Assembly (NCBI GenBank): GCA_963847705.1
Contig: CAWKBC010000032.1
Span: forward strand, 32,001 to 96,000
Source of the DNA: an uncultured Pseudomonadota bacterium
GTDB lineage: Bacteria > Myxococcota_A > Polyangia > Fen-1088
DNA: 64,000 nt
Direction: 5' to 3'
The notes beneath the pieces were generated by a model. That model saw nothing but the letters and a program-made list of their open reading frames with translations, did no database searches and was not told where the DNA came from. Both the position numbers and the translations under genes were made by a program. Below, piece by piece: positions 43,126 to 53,644 of the stretch (its first letter is position 1; every line of letters starts with the position of its first letter).

Positions 43126-44974
43126 TCAGACGTTGCGCGCAAACAGCAGCGCGACGCCGGGTGGCAACGACATCACCGCGCCGAGCTCGAAGCGCAGCGC
43201 CGCCGGGTCTCCGCTGGTCGAGAGCATCGGCTCCCAGCCCGGGCCTTCCGGCAGTTGAATCGACGCCGCCTGCTCTCCCAGGTTGGCGGCGGTGAACGTG
43301 GCCGCGCCGCTGGGGTCGCCGCGCTCGATGGTCAGCCAGCGGCCTGCCTCGTCGGCGCTGACGCGGGTGAGATCCTTGCGCCCGTTGTGCAGCGGCGCCA
43401 GCCGGCGGCGCAACGCGATCAAGGCGCGGTAGAACGCCAGCATCTCGGCGTGCGGCGGGCGCGAGAGCGATTCCCAGCGCAGCTTCGCGCGCTGGAACGT
43501 CTCCTCCGCCTGCGGATCGGCCCAGCTCCCGGCGTCCGCGCCCTCTTCCAGAAGATGGAGGTACTCTTGATGCCGCCCCTGACGGACCGCCTCGGCCAGC
43601 GCCGGATCGCCGTGGCTGGTGAAGTAATCGAACGGGGCCTCTTCGCCGTACTCCTCGCCCTGGAACAGCAGCGGCAGCGCCGGGGTCGAGAACAGCACCA
43701 TCGCCGCCACCTTCTGCCGTTCCGGGCCGATCAGCTGACCGAGGCGGCGCCCCTGGCAGGCGTTGGCGATCTGATCGTGGTTCTGGTTGAACGCCACGAA
43801 CCGTTCGCCCGGCTGGCTGGCCGACGGGGCGCCGTGGCGCCGCCGCCGGAACGCCGACGGCCGTCCGTCGTAGACGAAGCCGTCCGAGATCGCCTTGGCC
43901 AGATCGGCGGCGCGACCGAAGTCGACGAAGTAGCCGCGCCGATTGCCGGTGGCGACCGCGTGCTGCGCGTGGTGAAAGTCGTCGCTCCACTGCGCGTCGA
44001 GGCCCAGGCCCCCGGCCGCGGACGGCTGGATGACGCGCGGATCGTTCGAGATCGCTCTCGGCCACCAGCCAGGCGCGGCGCCCCAGCCGCTCGGCCTCGG
44101 CGTGAAACGCGTCGGAGATCTCGCCGAGAAGGTGGCGGGGGCCGAGGTCGAAGATGCCGTGGATGGCGTCGAGGCGCAGCCCGTCGACGTGATAATCGGT
44201 CAGCCAATGGAGCGCGTTGTCGACGAAGAAGCGGCGCACCTCGTCGCTGTCGGGCCCGTCGAAGTTGAGCGCCGCGCCCCAGGGGGTCCTGTAGCGATCG
44301 GTGAAGTACGGGCCGAAGTCCTGGAGGTAGTTCCCCTCCGGTCCGAGGTGGTTGTAGACGACGTCGAGAAAGAGAGCCAGCCCATGCGCGTGGCAGGCAT
44401 CCACCAGGCGGCGCAGCCCCTCGGGCCCTCCGTAGCTCTCGTGGGGGGCGAACAGGGAGGCGCCGTCGTAGCCCCAGTTGCGATCGCCGGGGAAGGTCAC
44501 CACCGGCATCAGCTCGATCGCCGTGACGCCGAGCTCGCGCAGGTAGGGGAGCCTGGCGGCGACGCCGGCGAATGTTCCCTCGGGCGAGAAGGTCCCCACG
44601 TGCAGCTCGTAGAAGATGAGCTCGCCGAGCGGCAGGCCGCGCCACCCGCCGTCGCGCCAGCGAAAGTCGTCGGTCGCGACGATGCGTGACCGACCGTGCA
44701 CGCCGGCCGGCTGTCGGCGGGAGACCGGGTCCGGGCGGGGACCGAGGCCTGGCAGCAGAAAGACGTAGTCGCTGCCGACCGGGGCCAGAGCGGCGGGGGC
44801 GCGCGCGGTGAAGACCCCCTCTGCGTCGCGCGTCATCGGCAGCTCGGCGCGGACCTGGTCTCCGTCGGGAGCGAGCAGACGCACGGCCAGCGCCCCGGCG
44901 CGCGGAGCCCAGATGGAGAAGGTGACCGTTCCGTCGGAGGCGACCGTGGCGCCCCAATCGAGTTGCCAGCTCAT
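43126..44974 (-). CDS. treZ: Malto-oligosyltrehalose trehalohydrolase (GH13); +1 frameshift at ~44047
   Basis: YELHVGTF, NWGYDG, DVVYNHLGPEGNY, GLRLDAIH and QNHDQI. Removing one base restores AESDLNDPR. Confidence 0.92.
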
Positions 44975-45003
44975 CCCCAGAGGATAATGCCGGCCCGGCC
45001 GGA

Positions 45004-46536
45004 TCACATCGTCGGCGAGCCGGCGTCGGGCGAAGGCTGGCCGACGACCGGGCCAGCGTCCACGGTCGGGCAGCCGTCGTCGACGAGACCGTTGCAATCG
45101 TCGTCGATCCCGTTGCCACAGATCTCGGGCGCGCCGGGGTGAACCGCCGCGTTCTGGTCGTTGCAGTCGTTGCACCAGGGCGTTCCGTCCCCGTCGGCAT
45201 CGGTCACGTCGCCGCTGCCGTCCTCGCAGCCGAGGAACTTGCCGACGAAGGCCGCCCGGTCGCTCACCTCTTGCCGCATCCCCGCGACGGCCTCGTTGTG
45301 GTCCTCGACGGAGACGACCTTGTGGGGATCGGCCGCCACGGCAGAGGCGATCTGGGCGGACCAGGCGTCAACCCAGCCTTGAATCTTCGCCACGTCCCAC
45401 AGGGGGAGCATCGCCCGGATCTCGGCGACGTAGTTGGCCCGCCAGGTCGGATCGTTCATGACGATCAGGTAGTGCTGCCCTGGCTTCTGGAGCGTGGAGC
45501 GGGTGATCCACCAGTAGATCGGGTTGGCGTCGCTCTGGCCGAGCCAATCGAAGCTGGCGTCGGCGTCGTGGATGAGCCACTGATACCCTTTGCCGGGGTA
45601 GTCATAGAGATAAAAGTTGTGACTGCCGCCGTAGTAGCCGTCGGCGTCGTTGATCAGCATCTCCGCCGACCACTCGGCGATGGCCTCGTTCATGTCGACC
45701 AGCGCCGACATCGAGGCGATGTCGTGGGAGTCCCAGAACGCTTGCAGCCGCGTGAGGTCGGGGTCGAGCGTGTTGGTCTCCGGCGTCTCGCCCCCCTTGA
45801 AGAGATCGCCTCCGGAGTCTCCGGGGTAGATGCGCTTCAAGTAGTCATGGCCGGCGTGCTCTTCGTTGCTGTAGAGACCGTAGAGCGCGCCGTTGATGGT
45901 GATGGTCCCATTGTTGGCGCAGGGGGCCGGTCGTCCCAGCATCGCCGGCAGGACGTTGTAGGCCAGCCGCTCCTGCAGGAAGGTATCGTCGTCGCGCGGC
46001 ATGTCGAGCACGATCTTGCTGACGCCGTGAAACTTGGCGTCGGTGTTCACCTGATCGAACGCGATCACGAACTGCATCTTGGCGTTCGCGCCGTCGAGCG
46101 CGACGGCGTGCCGCCAGGACGACTGCCCCTTGAGGCGAATCATCGCGTCGCTGACCGTCTCGCTGCCGTAGTGAAAGACGATCGGATGGTAGGTGTCGTA
46201 GGGCTGGCCGGCAGCCCCGAGCGCGGCGTAGTTGAAGAACTCGTACGACATCTTGGACCAGTCGTCGGAGGTCATCTCAACCTGGTAGTCGGTCACCTGG
46301 GTGGGGTCGAAGAGGTCGGCGCAGGCGAGCGGTCCGCCGACCCCCGCGGCGCCGTCCGGCGCGCCGGCCGCTCCACCGTCGGCGCCCCCCGCAGCGCTCC
46401 CCGCGTTCGGGCCGCCGGCATCGGCCCCAAGCCGAGCCACCCCGCTGTGCGAGATCTCCGTGTTGTCTCCGCACCCCGCGATCACCACCCAGGTGACCAT
46501 CCCACACCACACGCTCAACTCCGCCACCCTACGCAT
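45004..46536 (-). CDS. CotH kinase family lipoprotein with C-terminal Cys/Asp metal-binding motif
   Basis: Lipobox IAGC; IRLKGQSS, ERLAY, YGLYSNEE, DGY..HNFYLY and HDAD; DCND..HPGAPEICGNGIDDDC. Confidence 0.85.
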   Translation of the reverse strand: MRRVAELSVWCGMVTWVVIAGCGDNTEISHSGVARLGADAGGPNAGSAAGGADGGAAGAPDGAAGVGGPLACADLFDPTQVTDYQVEMTSDDWSKMSYEFFNYAALGAAGQPYDTYHPIVFHYGSETVSDAMIRLKGQSSWRHAVALDGANAKMQFVIAFDQVNTDAKFHGVSKIVLDMPRDDDTFLQERLAYNVLPAMLGRPAPCANNGTITINGALYGLYSNEEHAGHDYLKRIYPGDSGGDLFKGGETPETNTLDPDLTRLQAFWDSHDIASMSALVDMNEAIAEWSAEMLINDADGYYGGSHNFYLYDYPGKGYQWLIHDADASFDWLGQSDANPIYWWITRSTLQKPGQHYLIVMNDPTWRANYVAEIRAMLPLWDVAKIQGWVDAWSAQIASAVAADPHKVVSVEDHNEAVAGMRQEVSDRAAFVGKFLGCEDGSGDVTDADGDGTPWCNDCNDQNAAVHPGAPEICGNGIDDDCNGLVDDGCPTVDAGPVVGQPSPDAGSPTM

Positions 46537-46750
46537 GAGCCACCTCGAAGAAAATGGATCCTCTGTCGACAGCAACGGACCTAGAGCAACGCACGCGCCA
46601 GTCGCTCCGGGTGATCTCCGGCTGCAACGATCCTGTTTCCGTAACGTCACAATCGGCGCGGGTGACAATTCGCGAGGCGCAGGGAAGTCGTCGCCTGCGC
46701 TCACCGGCGGAAACGCGCGCGGCACGATCCTTGGATTGGACGCCGACGAG

Positions 46751-48391
46751 ATGTCGACGCAACACGATCGGTTCGTCTTGGTGGTTTTGAGCGGGCTCAC
46801 GCTCTTCGGCGCGGCTTGTCGGTCAGATCCCGACGGATCCACGACTGGCTCCGTGAAACCCTCCGCGGACGGCGGGCTGGCCACGGACGACGGCGGCAAT
46901 CTGCTCGACGCCGGCCCGCTGCCCCCGCTGATCGACAACGCCGCGGTCTACGCGCCGGGAGACTTCGACGTCGTGACGGTCAACCTGACCGTGCCTGACG
47001 CGGCGATGCTGGCCACCATCGAGAGCACGATGTCGAACGACCAGACCCCGGCGGTGTTCAGCGCGCCCGACTATGCCTCGGACGGAGCGACGCCGAACGC
47101 CCAGCTTCAGCTTCACGGCAGCACCAGCCGCATGGCGATCCAGAAGTCGTACCAAGTTCACCTCACCAAGACCGGCCCCGCCTGGCGCGGCTCGCACACC
47201 ATCAACCTGCTCAAGCATCCGTTCGACCTCACCCGCGTGCGCAGCAGCATCAGCTTCGACGAGTTTCGGGCGATCTCCGACTTCACCAGCCTGCAACAGG
47301 GGTGGGTGCATCTGGTCATCAACGGCGTCGACCACGGGCTCTACCAGTGGCTTGAGGAGCCGGACACCGACTTCCTCACCGCGCATGGGCTCGATCCCCA
47401 GGGGACGGTCTACAAGTCCGAGACGTTCGCCTTTCAGCCCATCGATCCCGCCGTGGCGGCCGATCCGACACAATTCGCCCTGCTGGTGGAGGGGAAAGGG
47501 ACGCCGGCCGTCGGCAAGCTTCAGCAGATGGCCGCCGCGGTCAACGACATGACCCAGGACATCAACGACGTCATCGCCAAGTACTTCAACCGCGCCAATT
47601 ACATCACCTGGCTGGCGGTCAACATGCTGATGACCAACTACGACACCAACACCCAGAACTTCATCCTCTACAGCCCCTCCAACTACGAGGGATGGTACTT
47701 CTTGCCCTGGGACTACGACGGGGCCTGGGACTGGTACAGCCAGCCAGGCGAGTTCACCCTCCCCCGCTACCGCCAGGGGCTCTCCAACTGGTGGTCGGTC
47801 AAGCTGCATGCGCGCTTCCTCTCCGATCCCAAGAACCTCGCCGACGTGGACGAGCGCATCGAGGTGCTCTCCTCGACGATCAGCGACAGCGCGACCGCCT
47901 CCGCGATGGCCAAGTATCACGATCTGGTCCAGTCGTTCATCAGCGTCGAGCCCGACCTCGACAATCTCCCTTGCGCCGACGGCGGCACGCCGCAAGCGGT
48001 CGTCGACTGGCAGACGGAGTACACCCGCGTCGGCAGCGCAGCCAGCGCCGCCTTCGCCACCTACGCCGCGACGCTGGATCGCCCGATGCCGTTTTACCTG
48101 TACACGCCGGCCTTCGACGATCCGAGCAACCCCAGCTCGGTGACGCTCTCCTGGGGGGCGTCGTTCCAGCTGCACCAGATGCCGTTCACCTATGACCTCG
48201 ACGTCAACACCATCTCGACGTTCGATCCGACGGGCGCCGTCCTGTCGCAGACGGGCCTCACCGACACGCAGGCGACCGTCACGACGCTGCCCGCGGGCCA
48301 CTACTTCTGGCGCGTGACCGCGCGCGTGTCGAGCGATCCGGACGACGACTGGCAGTCGGACTACCAAGACCAGACCGTCGACATTCCTTAG
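46751..48391 (+). CDS. CotH kinase family lipoprotein with C-terminal FN3/Ig-like domain
   Basis: Lipobox GAAC; HGSTSR..QKSY, GLYQWLE, NYD..QNFILY and FLPWDYD; YFWRVTA. Confidence 0.88.
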   Translation: MSTQHDRFVLVVLSGLTLFGAACRSDPDGSTTGSVKPSADGGLATDDGGNLLDAGPLPPLIDNAAVYAPGDFDVVTVNLTVPDAAMLATIESTMSNDQTPAVFSAPDYASDGATPNAQLQLHGSTSRMAIQKSYQVHLTKTGPAWRGSHTINLLKHPFDLTRVRSSISFDEFRAISDFTSLQQGWVHLVINGVDHGLYQWLEEPDTDFLTAHGLDPQGTVYKSETFAFQPIDPAVAADPTQFALLVEGKGTPAVGKLQQMAAAVNDMTQDINDVIAKYFNRANYITWLAVNMLMTNYDTNTQNFILYSPSNYEGWYFLPWDYDGAWDWYSQPGEFTLPRYRQGLSNWWSVKLHARFLSDPKNLADVDERIEVLSSTISDSATASAMAKYHDLVQSFISVEPDLDNLPCADGGTPQAVVDWQTEYTRVGSAASAAFATYAATLDRPMPFYLYTPAFDDPSNPSSVTLSWGASFQLHQMPFTYDLDVNTISTFDPTGAVLSQTGLTDTQATVTTLPAGHYFWRVTARVSSDPDDDWQSDYQDQTVDIP

Positions 48392-48441
48392 CGTTCGCCA
48401 CCGTTCTGGACGTGAGGGCGCGGGTCAGCGAAGCTCCAGGG

Positions 48442-49114
48442 GTGAGCAAGGGACCCGCTGCGTTCCCTCGTCACGTTCCGCCCCACGCCCACGGGCGGCT
48501 GGCCACCGCCTCGGTGCTGGGGGTGGCGACCGCGTTGCTGATTCCAGCCCGGCTGGGCCTGGCCCTCCGCCTCCTGGCCGCCTGGGACGTCGCCGCGCTG
48601 GTGATGGCCTCCTTCGCCTGGATGATCATCCTGCATGCCGGCCCCCACGAGACCCACAAGCACGCCGGCGCCCACGATCCCGGCCGGCGCGCGGTCAGCG
48701 TCCTGGTGATCCTCACCAGCTGCGTCTCGTTGCTCGCCACCGCCGTCATCCTCCGTCAGGCGCGCGCGCAGGCGCCCGAGGTCCGTGACCTCTTCGTCGT
48801 GCTCTGCGTCCTGGCGGTCGCCAGCGCCTGGCTCCTCACCCACAGCGCCTACGCCCTCCGCTACGCGCACCTCTACTACCGCGACGACGACGAGGGGGTC
48901 GGCGGCCTCACCTTCCCCGGCGACGCCGCCCCCTGCTACCTCGACTTCGCCTACTTCGCCTTCACCATCGGCATGTGCTTCCAGGTCTCCGACGTCTCGG
49001 TCCCGAGCCGCCAGAATCCGCCGCGCCGTCCTCGGCCACAGCGTGCTGTCCTTTCTCTACAACACCGCGATCCTGGCGACGGCGATCAACCTGGCGGTGG
49101 GTGTGTTCAATTAG
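48442..49114 (+). CDS. DUF1345 membrane protein; +1 frameshift at ~49015
   Basis: YALRYAHLYY and DFAYFAFTIGMCFQVSDV. Removing one A restores QIRRAVLGHSVLSFLYN. Confidence 0.88.
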
Positions 49115-49168
49115 ACTCCCGCGATGAGCTCCAGCCGGCGAAGCCGGCCAGCGCTCGACGCGATCAGC

Positions 49169-51610
49169 TCACCGCAGCTCGACGATGCTGACGCCGTCGC
49201 CGCCCTGACGGGAGGTCCCGGGGGCCCAGCGCGTGACGTAGGGGGAGTCGTCGAGGTAGGCGCGGACCCGCTTGCGGAGAGCGCCGGTGCCGTGGCCGTG
49301 AATGACCACCAGGTGGCTCTGCCCCGACAGCGCCGCGCGATCGAGCGCCGCCTCGACGGCGGCGAGCGCGTCGTCGCTGGTCTGCCCGCGCAGATCGGCC
49401 GTCGGCGAGCTCCCCTGGGAGACGAGCGCCAGCGCGTCCTCCGAGGGACGCACATCGCGCGCTGGTGCCTGAGACCCTTTGGTGGCTGCGGCGGCCGCGC
49501 GGGCCGCCTGGCGCGGCGGGCCGGCGACCGGCCGCAGCTCGTCGGCCCCGACCTCGAAGGTCATCTTGCCGACGGTCACCTTGGCGCGGCCGCGCGCATC
49601 GGGGAGCTGGGCGATGACGCCGTTCGCGCCGAGGCGCTCGACGCGCACGCGCGCCCCGAGCTCCAGCGCCGGCGGCTCGACGACGGCTGCCGCGTCCGGA
49701 CGCGGCAGCCTGGCCAGCGCCGCGGCCCCGACCCGGGCCAGCTCCTCGCGGCCCGCCTCCGCGGCGCGCGCCGTGCCCCCCTCCTGCGCGCGGCGGACCA
49801 CGCCCCGGATCTCCTCGCGCGCCTCGGCGATCGCAGCCTCGACCGCCTCACGTGACTTGTGGCCGAGGTCGCGCTCCCGGCGGGCCAGCGCCTCCGCGGC
49901 CTCGCGCTGCGCCTCCGCCGTGCTGCGGGCGGAGGCTTCGGCCTCGGCGAGCCGCTCGGCGTCGCGTCCCAGCGCCGCCTCGCGCGCCTCCAGCCGCGCG
50001 ATCGCCGACTCCAGCCCCACGCTGGAGCCGCCCGCCAGCGTCCGTGCCCGTTCGAGCAGGGCCTCCGGCAGCCCCATCCGCGCCGCGATGTCGAAGGCAT
50101 ACGCCCGCCCCGGCGCGCCGACCGCCAGCCGGAAGGTCGGGCGCAGCCGCTCGAGGTCGTACTCCATCCCCGCGTTGGCGAAGCGCGGATCGCTCTCGCC
50201 CAGCGCCTTGAGGCTGTCGTAGTGCGTGGTGATCACCGCCAGCACCGGCCGCTCGGCCAGCGTCTCGGCGGTGGCGCGCGCCAGCGCCGCCCCCTGGTCC
50301 GGGTTGGTGCCGGCCATCAGCTCGTCGAGCAGCACCAGCGCGGAGCCCGCGACGGAGGCGTTCAGGATCTCGGCGACGTTCGCCAGGTGCCCCGAGAACG
50401 TCGACAGATCGCCGAGCACCGACTGCCGATCGCCGATGTCGGCCCGCACGGCGTCGAAGAAGCCGATCCGGCTGCCGGGGGCCGCCGCCACCAGCAGGCC
50501 CGCGCGCGCCATCAGCGCGGCCAGCCCGACCGTCTTCATGAGCACCGTCTTGCCGCCCGCGTTCGGGCCGCTGACGATCAGGACGCGCGCCGCCGGACCA
50601 CCGAGCGCGACGTCGTTGGCCACGACCGCGCCCTTCGCCCCCGATTCGGCGTGGGCGAGCGCCAGCAAAGGGTGGCGGGCTTCTTTCAAATCCACGATCG
50701 GTTCTTCGACGATCGAGATCGCCGTGCCACCGTACGCAACCCCCAGTCGCGCCGCCGCCGCCAGCGCGTCGAGCTCGGCCAGCACGGCCGCGGTCTTGCG
50801 AAGCATGGGCGCGACTGCCGCGACGTCGCCTGTGAGGGCTTCGAGAATCCGCCGCGACTCACGCCGGATGTCGAGCTCCACGACCTTCAGCCGGTTGTTC
50901 GCCGCGACCAGCGCGGTGGGCTCGACGAACACCGTCTCGCCGGTTCGCGAGGTGTCGTGCACAATTCCCAGGCCCAGTGACTTGGCGGACGCTTTGAGCG
51001 GCAACACAAACCGCTCCGCGCGCACCGTAAAAAACTGATCTTGCAGCACGGAGACGTATTCATCCGATCGCATCACCTTCTCGATCGCACCACGCGCATT
51101 CTCGGCCAGCCCCTTGCGCTCCTCCCGCAACCGGGCCAGCTCCGGCGACGCCGCGTCGCTGATCTCCCCGGAGGCATCGAACGTGGCGGCGATCGTCCGC
51201 GCCAGCCCACGCGGCGGATCGAGCTTCGCCGCCAGCCCCGTCACCTCCGGCGTCGCCGGTCGCGACCCGTCGACGCCCGCCCTCCCGAAGAACGCCCGCC
51301 GCGCCCCCTCGGCGATCTCGGTCAGCACGGCGACCGGACGAAGCTCGTCGGCTCCGAGCACGATCCCCTTCTCCGCCGAGGAGAGCGCCGCCTCGATCTC
51401 CGGCGCGGCCAGCGAGGGGAGCGACTCCCCCTCCCGCAACAGCGCGGCCAACTCCGCCACCGCAGCCATCCGTCGCAGGGCCTCGCCAGAATCGACAGCC
51501 AGCGACAGGTCGAGACAGAGCGCTTCCCCGGCAGCCGACTGCGCTTCTGCTGCGAGACGCTTTAGCAGCTCAACCCAGTCGAGAACGCCGTGGAGAAGGG
51601 AGTGCGTCAC
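49169..51610 (-). CDS. mutS2: MutS2 family protein with Smr domain
   Basis: SGPNAGGKT, STFSGH, LLDEL and TTHY; Smr IHGHGTGALR; no mismatch-binding domain. Confidence 0.93.
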   Translation of the reverse strand: MTHSLLHGVLDWVELLKRLAAEAQSAAGEALCLDLSLAVDSGEALRRMAAVAELAALLREGESLPSLAAPEIEAALSSAEKGIVLGADELRPVAVLTEIAEGARRAFFGRAGVDGSRPATPEVTGLAAKLDPPRGLARTIAATFDASGEISDAASPELARLREERKGLAENARGAIEKVMRSDEYVSVLQDQFFTVRAERFVLPLKASAKSLGLGIVHDTSRTGETVFVEPTALVAANNRLKVVELDIRRESRRILEALTGDVAAVAPMLRKTAAVLAELDALAAAARLGVAYGGTAISIVEEPIVDLKEARHPLLALAHAESGAKGAVVANDVALGGPAARVLIVSGPNAGGKTVLMKTVGLAALMARAGLLVAAAPGSRIGFFDAVRADIGDRQSVLGDLSTFSGHLANVAEILNASVAGSALVLLDELMAGTNPDQGAALARATAETLAERPVLAVITTHYDSLKALGESDPRFANAGMEYDLERLRPTFRLAVGAPGRAYAFDIAARMGLPEALLERARTLAGGSSVGLESAIARLEAREAALGRDAERLAEAEASARSTAEAQREAAEALARRERDLGHKSREAVEAAIAEAREEIRGVVRRAQEGGTARAAEAGREELARVGAAALARLPRPDAAAVVEPPALELGARVRVERLGANGVIAQLPDARGRAKVTVGKMTFEVGADELRPVAGPPRQAARAAAAATKGSQAPARDVRPSEDALALVSQGSSPTADLRGQTSDDALAAVEAALDRAALSGQSHLVVIHGHGTGALRKRVRAYLDDSPYVTRWAPGTSRQGGDGVSIVELR

Positions 51611-51907
51611 TTCGACAGTCTAGCCGAACCCGGTCCCACCTAAGCTGTGGACACCGCTGTTAAGACGCGTCCGCCCCTCGAGGGACCCATGGTGTGGACA
51701 CGTCTCGCGTCGGCCGTTTCAGGAACTCAGCCGCGGCCGAAAGAGACCGAGGCTATTGAGCGTTCGGTCAGACGGAGCCTGGTACCCCTGATTTCGATCG
51801 CGACCGGGCCAGGCCGCTTCTGCCCGTCGGGCCCGGGCGAGCTCACGCATTGCCAGTCACGGTTCCTGCTCGGCGCGCCTGAGACGCCGGTCCCCGCGGT
51901 TGGCCTC

Positions 51908-53374
51908 CTACGGCTTATCGATGGTGATGACCAGGTCGCAGGGGAAGTTGAACTTGATGTCGACGGTGCTCGGGCTGCGGAGTTGGGAGCAGGCGTCACC
52001 AAACAGCTCCAAGGTCGTCGACGTCATTGTCCCCTGGCTGTTGGTGGTGATGTTGTCCATGTACCAACCGTCCGTCTTGCTCGAGTCGAGCGAGAGGACG
52101 GTCTTCTTGCCTGCGTTGTCGACGAGGTACACCTGCGCCTCGGTGAGCTTGGTGGTGTCGATCTGGAACTGCGACAGGTCGAAGACGCAGCTGCGCACGC
52201 CCGAAAGAGCGCTCGAGAGCTGCGCGACGAGCATGCTCTCGTCCGCCGCGTTCGGCGTATACGGCACGGTCGGCCCCATCGTCGTGGAGTAGGTGCCGAG
52301 CGTGTCGCCGCGGGCGGGCGCGGTCCCCTTTGCGGCGAGATCGGCGGCCCAGCCCGCGACGCCGTCGCACTGATCGTAGAAGTCGAAGCTGCTTCCGCCT
52401 GCCTTCACCGGTGCCAGCGTCGGCTCGCCGGCTCCGGCGTTGGCGAACGCCTGCAACACCCCGGGCGCCAGATCGAACAGCGTCGACTGAATCCCGAAGA
52501 CGATCGTCTTGATCCCGGCCGCGTTCGCGGTTTGAAGTTTCCAGACCACCGAGTCGGGGGCGCAAAGCGAGTTCGAGTCGTCGCAATAGTCCGGCTGGCC
52601 GTCGGTGATGAGCAGGATGTACTTGTCGCCTGGATCGGTATCGGCCATCAGCGCCGTGGTGACGTTCCCCAGCGACTCGCTGATCGGCGACTCGAACTTG
52701 ACGCCCGCCGCCGTGCTGTCGGGAGGGTACGGCAAACTGTCGTACTTGGTCGCGATGGTGGCGGCGTTGTCCAGCGCCGGCGGCACGGCGTCGGTCAGCA
52801 TCCCCTGGATCGAGGGACACATCCCGCCGGTGTTCGCCGGGTTCGTCCCCCAGACGGTGGTGAATCCGAACCGCACTTGCGAATCGAGCTGAGGCAGCAC
52901 CTGCTCGATCGCCGCCTTCAGGTTGTACCACTCGGTGTTCGTCATATCGACGGTGTTGGTCTGGGTGTTCATGCAGACCGGATCGCCCGTGCTTTCGTTC
53001 GGCATCGCCGTCAGACAGTGGAACATGCTGCCCGACCGATCGACGAGCAGATAGACCGTCGGATTGGTGGGCGCGAACATGACGTCGGAGGTCTGACAGC
53101 CGGCGGCGTCCGTGGGGCCGGCGTCGCCCGTGATCATGATGTCGCCGCCGCCGCCCCCGTCTCCGCTGGTGACAACGACGCCGCCGGTCCCCTTGCTGCC
53201 GCCGGAGGAGCCCCCCTGGCCGGTCAAGTTGCCGCTGCCGCCGCTGCCGGCGAGGCTGGCCGAGACGCCGGCCTTGCACCCGAACGCGCCGAGCAAAAGC
53301 GCGCTGCAAGCGGCGATCAAAATCGGCGCAAGCGCGCCTCCAAAGGCGCGTTCACGATAAGCGAAGTGAGTCAC
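51908..53374 (-). CDS. vWA-domain lipoprotein (CglB-like architecture)
   Basis: GGAGG RBS; lipobox AFGC; MIDAS DRSGS and LLITDG. Confidence 0.85.
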   Translation of the reverse strand: MTHFAYRERAFGGALAPILIAACSALLLGAFGCKAGVSASLAGSGGSGNLTGQGGSSGGSKGTGGVVVTSGDGGGGGDIMITGDAGPTDAAGCQTSDVMFAPTNPTVYLLVDRSGSMFHCLTAMPNESTGDPVCMNTQTNTVDMTNTEWYNLKAAIEQVLPQLDSQVRFGFTTVWGTNPANTGGMCPSIQGMLTDAVPPALDNAATIATKYDSLPYPPDSTAAGVKFESPISESLGNVTTALMADTDPGDKYILLITDGQPDYCDDSNSLCAPDSVVWKLQTANAAGIKTIVFGIQSTLFDLAPGVLQAFANAGAGEPTLAPVKAGGSSFDFYDQCDGVAGWAADLAAKGTAPARGDTLGTYSTTMGPTVPYTPNAADESMLVAQLSSALSGVRSCVFDLSQFQIDTTKLTEAQVYLVDNAGKKTVLSLDSSKTDGWYMDNITTNSQGTMTSTTLELFGDACSQLRSPSTVDIKFNFPCDLVITIDKP

Positions 53375-53644
53375 GGGGCCTCCTGGAAAAACACTTACAT
53401 TATCACGAGCCCGCCGCCAAGGTCGTTGCGTCACGCCCCGCTGGCACTCGCCGCCGCGACCGTCTCCGGCCAGGCTGGAGTGCGCCTGCCGCGGTCGGTC
53501 AGAAACCGCGGGAAGATCTGTCTCCCGAGCGCTCCATCACCCGGCCACGACGCCGCGCACGCGCTTCGTTCGAGGTGGCTTCTCAGCTTTCGCTCGTGTT
53601 AATTTGGGCGCTTCCTGACGGGGGGCGGTGGCCGAGTTCCATTA

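Noticed and set aside
44040-44055. Programmed frameshift in treZ
   Set aside because: No slippery sequence; same pattern as two other probable sequencing insertions.
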